NCBI GenBank assembly: GCA_964252035.1
Contig: OZ176206.1
DNA from: Podarcis erhardii
Taxonomy: Eukaryota
Reading direction: 5' to 3' (one strand)
Length of the DNA stretch: 64,000 nucleotides
Made by a program: the position numbers and the translations under genes. This document shows positions 57,289 through 64,000 of this stretch, one piece after another; position 1 is the first letter of the stretch, and every line of letters begins with the position of its first letter. The notes under the pieces are model-generated. The model did not search any database. It was not told the DNA's origin and was given only the letters and a program-made list of their open reading frames with translations.

Positions 57289-57294
57289 TTTAAT
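57289..57294 (-). terminator. Probable FBL poly(A) signal ATTAAA
   Basis: About 185 nt after the stop, followed on - by GT/T-rich tggttttgcttgtgg. Confidence 0.5.
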
Positions 57295-57477
57295 AAAAAA
57301 TATACACATTTGATAACGCCACAGAACACCAACGCACAACAGCATCTCTGCGTAAGTGCTTGGCCTTAAGAAAGCTGGGGTCTAGTCAGTAGAAAGAGTC
57401 CTGTATCGTTGAAGCGGCAGAAAAAGCAACTCTGACCTAAAGCACTGTTGCAATGGTCACCTACTAGCTTCCACACT

Positions 57478-57502
57478 TTATTTCTTCTGTTTAGGTGGTG
57501 GT
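57478..57502 (-). CDS. FBL: FBL last coding exon (RPPPKQKK*)
   Basis: ccttacag|A CCA CCA CCT AAA CAG AAG AAA TAA. Confidence 0.92.
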
Positions 57503-60500
57503 CTGTAAGGAAAAGGAGAGTGTTTGTTAACAGACTGTTGACCAATGTGCTTTGACACTGTAAATGCAGAAGTTATTTTCTAAAATGTACCATTCAGTAT
57601 CAACAGCAGCTTCTCATACACAAAAGTTCATTTTGTGAGTATTCCGTGGTAATCCTGATAGGAAAGGCCGAGTGGGAGGTAACAAGGATATTGCTGATTG
57701 CAGGAGCCTAAACCAGGCATTGGCCATTTCATGGAAAGACTCTCAATCTTCCCAGGTATGTACAGCACACATACCAGGATACTGTTTCCTGCCAGCTACT
57801 TGCAGTAACGTGACAAGCAAGGGCAACACAACACAGAATGATTTCAATAACAGGGACTCACACTGTCATCATATCAGATGAACCAATTCCCATAACACAC
57901 AAATTGGAGCCTAGTGAATTAAGCAATGCTGATGAAGCCTCTGTTGAAATACAACTAGTCGAAAGCTGTTGAAAGGGAATGGCTGATGAGTTAGCACCCC
58001 AAGCCTAAATTAGTGTGCATTTGAACAAACTTCTGAAGGTCACATTAAGAGTTCAGTAACATCTGGGGAACCACAAGTTAGACACTCATGAGATAGGGCT
58101 GTAGTACCTGTCCTCCAGAGATCAATGAGCTTGAAGGCTATTCATGGATATCAGCAATTATACTACATGAACTTTAATGCATCTGCTTTTATTTTATTTC
58201 TGTAATTGTATCCCAAATTCTTTTTGAAGCACCTTTTGGTTTCCTATTTTTTGAGTCACTAAGCAAGTAGCAAACCTTCCAAATATTTGCATTTTCCTTT
58301 TAGATAATCTACAATTGCTTTCTGGTTCTTTAAAGATCTTACGTATTTTACATTCTGTAACTTTTTCTTTGTTCCAGTTCCTTGTGCAAACTGTAAATAC
58401 ATTATATTCCTGTTCATATTTTTATCCCGTTTTAGATAGGTATCTCCTTACTTAAGATAGAGCTTTGCCTTCAAGTGCACAGTTTAAGAAAAGAAGACGT
58501 GACATATAAGGGAAAGGGAGGGGGGGAAGTAGAGAAGAGAGATCAGTTGCAGAAAGACATTTATATATTTAATTGGGGCCAGGCGGGTAATCTCTTGCAA
58601 TTGAACTAGCAACCCTTGTTCTGCTGGGACAGGTGTGGGGAACCTGTGCCTGCTCCCCTCTCAGTGTTGCTGAACTACAGCCCCCATCACTGCTAGTCAT
58701 TGGCTATGCTTCCCAAGGCTGATAGGAGTTGCAGTCATAGGAGCCAACTCCTAGGGACCGAAGTCCCTTCAGCCCCCTCAGTAAAATATTTAAGGGGGCC
58801 GCAGGAAAAAGAGGTGTAGTCTCACATTGATCTTTGTTCCCCAAGGGTCACATTCCCCCTCACCTATAAGGGACCACAACCCAGCAGTAGAGCACATGCA
58901 TTGCACACAGAAGGTCCCAGGACCAAAGCTTGGCATCTCCATTTAAATGCCTCAGGTTGCAAGGGATGGGGAAGACCTCAGCATGAGACCCCGGAGAACC
59001 ATTGCCAGCCACAGTGGACAGGGTTTAGTTAAGACGGGCAAATGGTCTGACAGATGAAGGGCAGCTTCTCTGGTTCCTGTACAACAGGGAAAACCCAGTT
59101 AGTGTGGAGACTGGCATACTTTACAGGTTGCAATGATTTAAAGAAATAATGGGGCGGGGTGTTGGTAGAGGAGAGGGACGAACGGAACAAATGTGATGGG
59201 ATACCGTCCAATCAAAGGAGTTTGATCAGAGTGGGGAAAGAACCATTATAATGCAAACCAGACGCATATCTGGCCTGCTTTGCAACTTATTTAGATTGTT
59301 TGGCTGCTATTTATTGGTCAGAATACACAGTGTGCACACAAGCCCCATCAACACCCTGGTTCTTTTCCAACCCTGTAACAAGCCCACTCTCCCCTCTGCT
59401 CGAGTGTGGGGAGGGAAGAAGAGTAGCTGCTCCTCATTATGTCCCAATGCTACCTGCTCCCCTTTTATGCCTCCAAGGAAATACCAAGCGCATCCAGAAA
59501 CCAGCACCCCCAGATTTCACTGTACCTGTAAATGCCAACTACTACAGCATGGTCCCGCTCATAGGGCTCCAAAGTCAACTGCTCTTGGGGTTTCATGTTC
59601 TCCTGCTGCATTTTCTTCACCTCTGATGCAAAGACAGCCTCGGGTGCTGCTGTTGAGTCAATGCAGTTGGCCTGGGAGGAGAGAATCAAGCAGGTCAGTC
59701 TAACAGCAAGCCTTCAAGCTTATCTAAGAGCATGGGTAGGCAGATAAGGCCCGGAGACCAGATCTAGCCCATCGCCTTCTAAATCCAGCCTGCGGATGGT
59801 CTGGGAATCAGCATGTTTTTATATGAGTAGAATGTGTCCTTTTATTTAAAATGCATCTCTGGGTTATTTGTGGGGCATAAAAATTCGTTCATTTCCCCCA
59901 AAAAAATATAGTCCGCCCCCCCCACAAGGTTTGAGGGACAGTGGACCAGCCCCCTGCTGAAAAAGTTTGCTGAACCCTGGCTAAGAGGGACAATTCATCG
60001 CTCCCTTATGTTACAGGAGCACCCTAGTAGCCTGGTCGCACACCCGTCCAGAACAGGGACCTTGTCTAATTTTCAGAGCCAGGAAACGCCCACCCTCAAA
60101 GGCCTCTTCATTGGCAGGATTCAGTTTCAGCTTGTTGGCCTTTCTGCAGGTCACCCTTACCCAGAACCCAAGTTATGTATGACTATGCAGAAGTTACAAA
60201 GAAATGCATTTGGGCATTCTTTGCAAATCGCCAAACCTGCTAAAAAGCATACATAATGGCTTTATTAGCCTTGGGGACACAATGGAATCCTGTGGCACCC
60301 CACAGCGTGACTGCAAGGAGGCAAAGATGCTACTTCCCCCTAATTCTACTTTCTGGATGGATCTGGCCCCATAGGCAGAAGCCAAACCACCGTACTACTG
60401 TGTCTCTTACTCCCACCAAAGCACACCGCTAGGATCAGTGTTATCAAAGGCAACTGATAGATCAAAAAGCAAATGGGTTGCATTTTTGCGTCTCCGTCTC

Positions 60501-63500
60501 AATAAAAGTCATCTCCCAGGGCAAACAAGGTCAGTGTGGTCTCTGAATCAGGTCTGGACCAAGACTGGAATGGGTCCAGATAACCAGTTTCTTCCCAAGA
60601 TCACAGCCACCACCAGCTTGAGAACCTTCCCCCAAGAGGGTGATTGTGAGCTGGCAGTAGCTATCACACACTTCTAGATCCACAGAGGGCTTCTTAAGAA
60701 ATGGTCACCTTTACCCCCGTCGTCTAAAGACTATGCTGTCACCTCACCTCCAGATTGCTCAAATTACTGGACACCTTGAGGCAGCATTAGCATGAATGTT
60801 GCCTCCCCCCTCTAAGAAAACAGTCCTGGGGTTCTCCAACACAACTCCAGAGATTACCTCCAGCAGTCCAAATAGGTGTAACACTTGTCGGTTGGGTGGA
60901 AGGCATATTGGCCATATCTCTATACACTTAGGTGCTGCTTACGGCCACAAAGCTTTCGTTGGAAATGGTTCGTTAGGCCTAACAATTCCACAATTTCCAT
61001 TGATTCCTATGGGAATCGGCAATCTCTCTTCCCTGCCCATCATGGTATTGTCCTAAAACGGCTGCAGCCAATGAGCAGGAGAGAGACAAAAGAAAAATTG
61101 ATTTGTCTGATCTCTCTTACTCCCATACATTCACTCACCCCACCACACTCTCCATGGTTTCTGCCTGAAAATAGCTGCCACTGACCAGCAAAGCACAAGA
61201 AAGGAAGCGGGCATGATCTAGGCTCTTTTGATATCTAAACCAGTGAGGTTTGGGCATAATTCTTTATGTTTGCATAAGTGTCTGGACAGATAGCAAACTG
61301 CCATGACCAGAAGAAAGTGAGACTTGTGAATCCTGCCCCAGAATGGTTGGTCTTCCTGATGAGGGAGATGGAATTCCAATGGACTACCGGAAACCAGCTC
61401 TTAGCCTCTGTTGACTCTCCAGCCGAAGGCGAAGAAAACAACCCAATGAAGGTCATACAGTTAGAAAATATAACAGTCGTACTAAACATTACCTTGATGG
61501 AGATGACAAAATGGCCACCATTCTTCAAGAAATTGTGCGCGTTTAAAGCCACAATACGTGACTGGTCGGGCTGAGCCACATCTGCGAAGATCACATCTAC
61601 CATGCCTGCAAAGCAAGGGGGCGTATTGAATAACGGACCTGGAAGTTGCCCTGCAAATCCTATTGCTTTCCTCACTTGAAATAAGGTCATCAGACAAAAG
61701 AAAAACAGTAGAGCCTAGAGCAGTAATGGGGGACTCCTGGCTTAATTCAACACACCCACCTTTCCCAGGCCTGTCTGCTTTGGCCACAGCAAATTTCAAG
61801 CCATGGCTAAGAGGAAAAAGAATCAGGAGTACACACTTGATTCTTCCTTTGCATCAGGAAGTCAGCTCTTTTTATATTTGTGCCTCTTCCTGTCACCATA
61901 CATGGCAACAGAAAAAGGTGCCACATGTAACGAGGGTGGACTTTTCAATGCAAAATATCATTTTGCCTTTGCAGCTGTGGCTTGAACTCTGCAAAGAAGG
62001 GCTGGGAGCACACTTAGGCTGTGCTTCCAATTATTTCCTTTGAAGCCAAGTTACCTTGATGTCATGGTACCAGGTGATTGACAGGTGGGTGGCTCTACCC
62101 ACACAGCAAAGTGGGCCACAGGGGGTGAGGGACTTCCAGATTTGGCCCCCTAACCCTGTTTCCCACTTCCAGTCTACAATGTCAAGATCTGCCCCTTCAC
62201 TTTTGTGATTAAATCAACAGCAGTGAGGCAGCAGCGGTGTTCACTTAACCTACTTTACCCACATTTATTTAGGACAGTGGTTCCCAGTTAGCTAATTACT
62301 GAGGATCCCTTATTTTTCAAAAGCCAAGCTACAGACCCCTTACTTTTGATACCTTTATGGTAGTTACCTCTGCAAAGCAATTTTCTGAACAAAATGTAGG
62401 GTAGCCCCTAATAAGCAAAGTATTTTAGCTATATTAAAAACAGACCAGGGCTGAGCAATATCTGGTTTTCAGCATCGTGATATATCAGCAGCTAAACATC
62501 ACAATATTCTGATATATCACATTGTCAGAAATGGGAGAAAACAAAATAAAAAAATTCCTTCCAGTAGCACCTTAAAGACCAACTGAGTTAGTTCTAGGTA
62601 TGAGCTTTCGTGTGCATGCACACTTCTTCAGATACACTGAAACAGAAGTGTATCTGAAGAAGTGTGCATGCACACGAAAGCTCATACCTAGAACTAACTC
62701 AGTTGGTCTTTAAGGTGCTACTGGAAGGAATTTTTTTATTTTGTTTTGACCATGGCAGACCAACACGGCTACCTATCTGTATCAGAAATGGGAGATCAGG
62801 CACGGGAACAAGCAGTTGTGGAGATCAGGTGGGGGGAAGTAGATCAGGATTACTGAAGCAGCAGTCACAGAGATCAGGCAAGTGGGGTTTGTGCAGATCA
62901 GGCATGGGGATGATTTCAAAACTGATTTTGGCCAATATATTGATATTGGCACAGACCATAAAATTTGTGATATTACCATGCAAAAATGACAAACATTTAG
63001 TTTGTGGGGTGGAGGCAAGGGATGGAGCTGCAGACCCATAATTAGGAACCAATGATTTAGGGGAACAGCTCAGACTTTTTTCTGATTGCTGAGATGAAAT
63101 TAACAAAACCTAGACTGTTAGGAACCTTCCCTGTCAATGTTCTAGAAGTGAAGAACACCCAAGACACTTTTATTTTGTACAATCCCCAGCATCAGTTACT
63201 AGCAGCCAGCCAGTTCCTAATAAACAAAATAAACACACATGGATGTTTCTCAGTGGTAGGTCATATGCTAGGTATGGGGACCACCACCAGCCCCAGCAAA
63301 CAAAATTTCCCCACACCTGGCACGTGGCATGCCTGCAGAAGTTCCCAGGCTCTGTCTCCTGCATCTAAGGCTGGAAAAGACCCTTGCCTGAATCCTTGGA
63401 GCCTCACTGCTTGTCTGTAGATAACATAGACAGTTGGGCTTGGCATAATGCAAGTATTAATGTTACTAAGGCTCTTGCAATCCATGGGCAGTTGCTTTCG

Positions 63501-63905
63501 CCCAGTGGGTGGAGGAAACAGAAGGCAGACGAGAAAGGGTGCTCCTCTAAGAGATGTCCAGCTCAACCAACATACATGAAAGCAGCCTTTCTCAACCTGT
63601 GGGTCCCCAGATGTTGTTGAACTACAACTCCCATCACCCCTAGCTAGCAAGGCCAGAGCTCAGGGCATGATGGGAGTTGTATTCAACAATATCTGGGGAC
63701 CCACAGGCTGAGAACCGCTGCATGAAAGGAAGGCTTATTTGCGCAGGTGTTAAGGTTTCACAGGCATCTTACCAAGCAACATGCGGTATTTGTGTGGGTG
63801 CCGTGCATCCTCTATTACGGGGATAATGTTGGTCCGTTTCTTTGCCACATTGATGAGGTCGCGACCCGAGCGATGGGAGAACTCCACAGCGTACACAAGG
63901 CCCTC
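57478..63905 (-). CDS. FBL: Fibrillarin (rRNA 2'-O-methyltransferase), 5'-partial: complement(join(57478..57502,59526..59671,61493..61605,63773..63905))
   Basis: Spliced translation [138 protein letters not shown] is the fibrillarin C-terminal half; GT-AG junctions. Confidence 0.97.
58875..59075 (+). mobile_element. Degenerate tRNA-derived SINE (Squam2-like); related copy at about 54080-54250
   Basis: gtagagcacatgcattgcacacagaaggtcccagg...ggcatctcc...aatggtctgac...aagggcagcttc. Confidence 0.55.
59526..59671 (-). CDS. FBL: FBL exon (ANCIDST...HAVVVGIY)
   Basis: 146 nt, cccag|GCC ... AG|gtacag. Confidence 0.96.
59731..59979. mobile_element. hAT (Charlie-like) MITE in an FBL intron
   Basis: catgggtaggca ... 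tttgctgaaccctg; TSD tctaagag/gctaagag (7/8). Confidence 0.75.
61493..61605 (-). CDS. FBL: FBL exon ([14 protein letters not shown]...FVISIK)
   Basis: 113 nt, tgcag|GC ... AAG|gtaatg. Confidence 0.96.
62446..62958. mobile_element. hAT-like element interrupted by a Penelope-type insertion; a homologous end lies inverted at about 32650-32730
   Basis: cagggctgagcaatatctggttttcagcatcgtgatatatc is the approximate reverse complement of 32669-32729 (...gaaaaccagatatcgcccagccct). Confidence 0.55.
62539..62781. mobile_element. Penelope-like retroelement remnant forming a palindrome
   Basis: 101-bp perfect inverted arms 62538-62638 / 62647-62747; the duplication TCAGAAATGGGAGA flanks it at 62525-62538 and 62782-62795. 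Penelope assignment is from recalled squamate PLE ends (ggtgctactggaaggaattttt...ggcagaccaacacggctacc). Confidence 0.7.
63583..63720. mobile_element. Fold-back hAT MITE with perfect 8-bp TSD
   Basis: Arms cagcctttctcaacctgtgggtccccagatgttgttgaactacaactcccatca and a near reverse complement; TSD CATGAAAG at 63575-63582 and 63721-63728. Older relatives at about 44906-45040, 58630-58800 and 15784-15885. Confidence 0.85.
63773..63905 (-). CDS. FBL: FBL exon ([12 protein letters not shown]...KYRMLL)
   Basis: 133 nt, aacag|GAG ... G|gtaaga. Confidence 0.96.
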
Positions 63906-64000
63906 CTGTTGGGTGAGAAGCAGGAAGCAAAGGAGTCAGTGCCTTGTCCACGGCCCAGAACAGGAAAAAGCGTTCATGAAGGACATCACCCAGTGCCACT

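Noticed and set aside
57590-57880. Possible box C/D snoRNA in the last FBL intron (ATGATGA on - near 57872-57866)
   Set aside because: No box D (CTGA) at a usual distance and no terminal stem

Overview
Vertebrate genomic DNA, not prokaryotic. Sauria SINEs and tRNA-Lys/CR1-tailed SINEs point to a squamate, probably a lacertid lizard (inference). Three spliced protein-coding genes were reconstructed by hand from GT-AG boundaries and phase matching. (1) A complete beta-1,4-galactosyltransferase 3-like gene on +, six coding exons at 5933-12350, 354 aa. (2) A complete DYRK1B on -, ten coding exons at 26527-20573, 633 aa, with a probable non-coding first exon in the CpG island near 53.2-53.4 kb and a 26.6-kb first intron. 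(3) The last four coding exons of fibrillarin (FBL) on -, 63905-57478, running off the window end. The rest is intronic or intergenic and rich in SINEs, CR1 fragments, TA-flanked Tc1/pogo-type MITEs, hAT MITEs with 8-bp target-site duplications (TSDs) and one Penelope-type palindrome. There is a 151-N assembly gap at 8327-8477. I found no evidence of a wholly new multi-gene system. The best leads are: the B4GALT3-like gene as a probable paralogue lost in mammals; in-frame upstream exons that would extend the N-termini of both the galactosyltransferase (signal-peptide-like poly-Leu) and DYRK1B (p75-like); a 21-bp/4-nt-loop hairpin that pairs fully only on the - strand; and a perfect 101-bp inverted repeat in an FBL intron. 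All were read by eye; no search was run.
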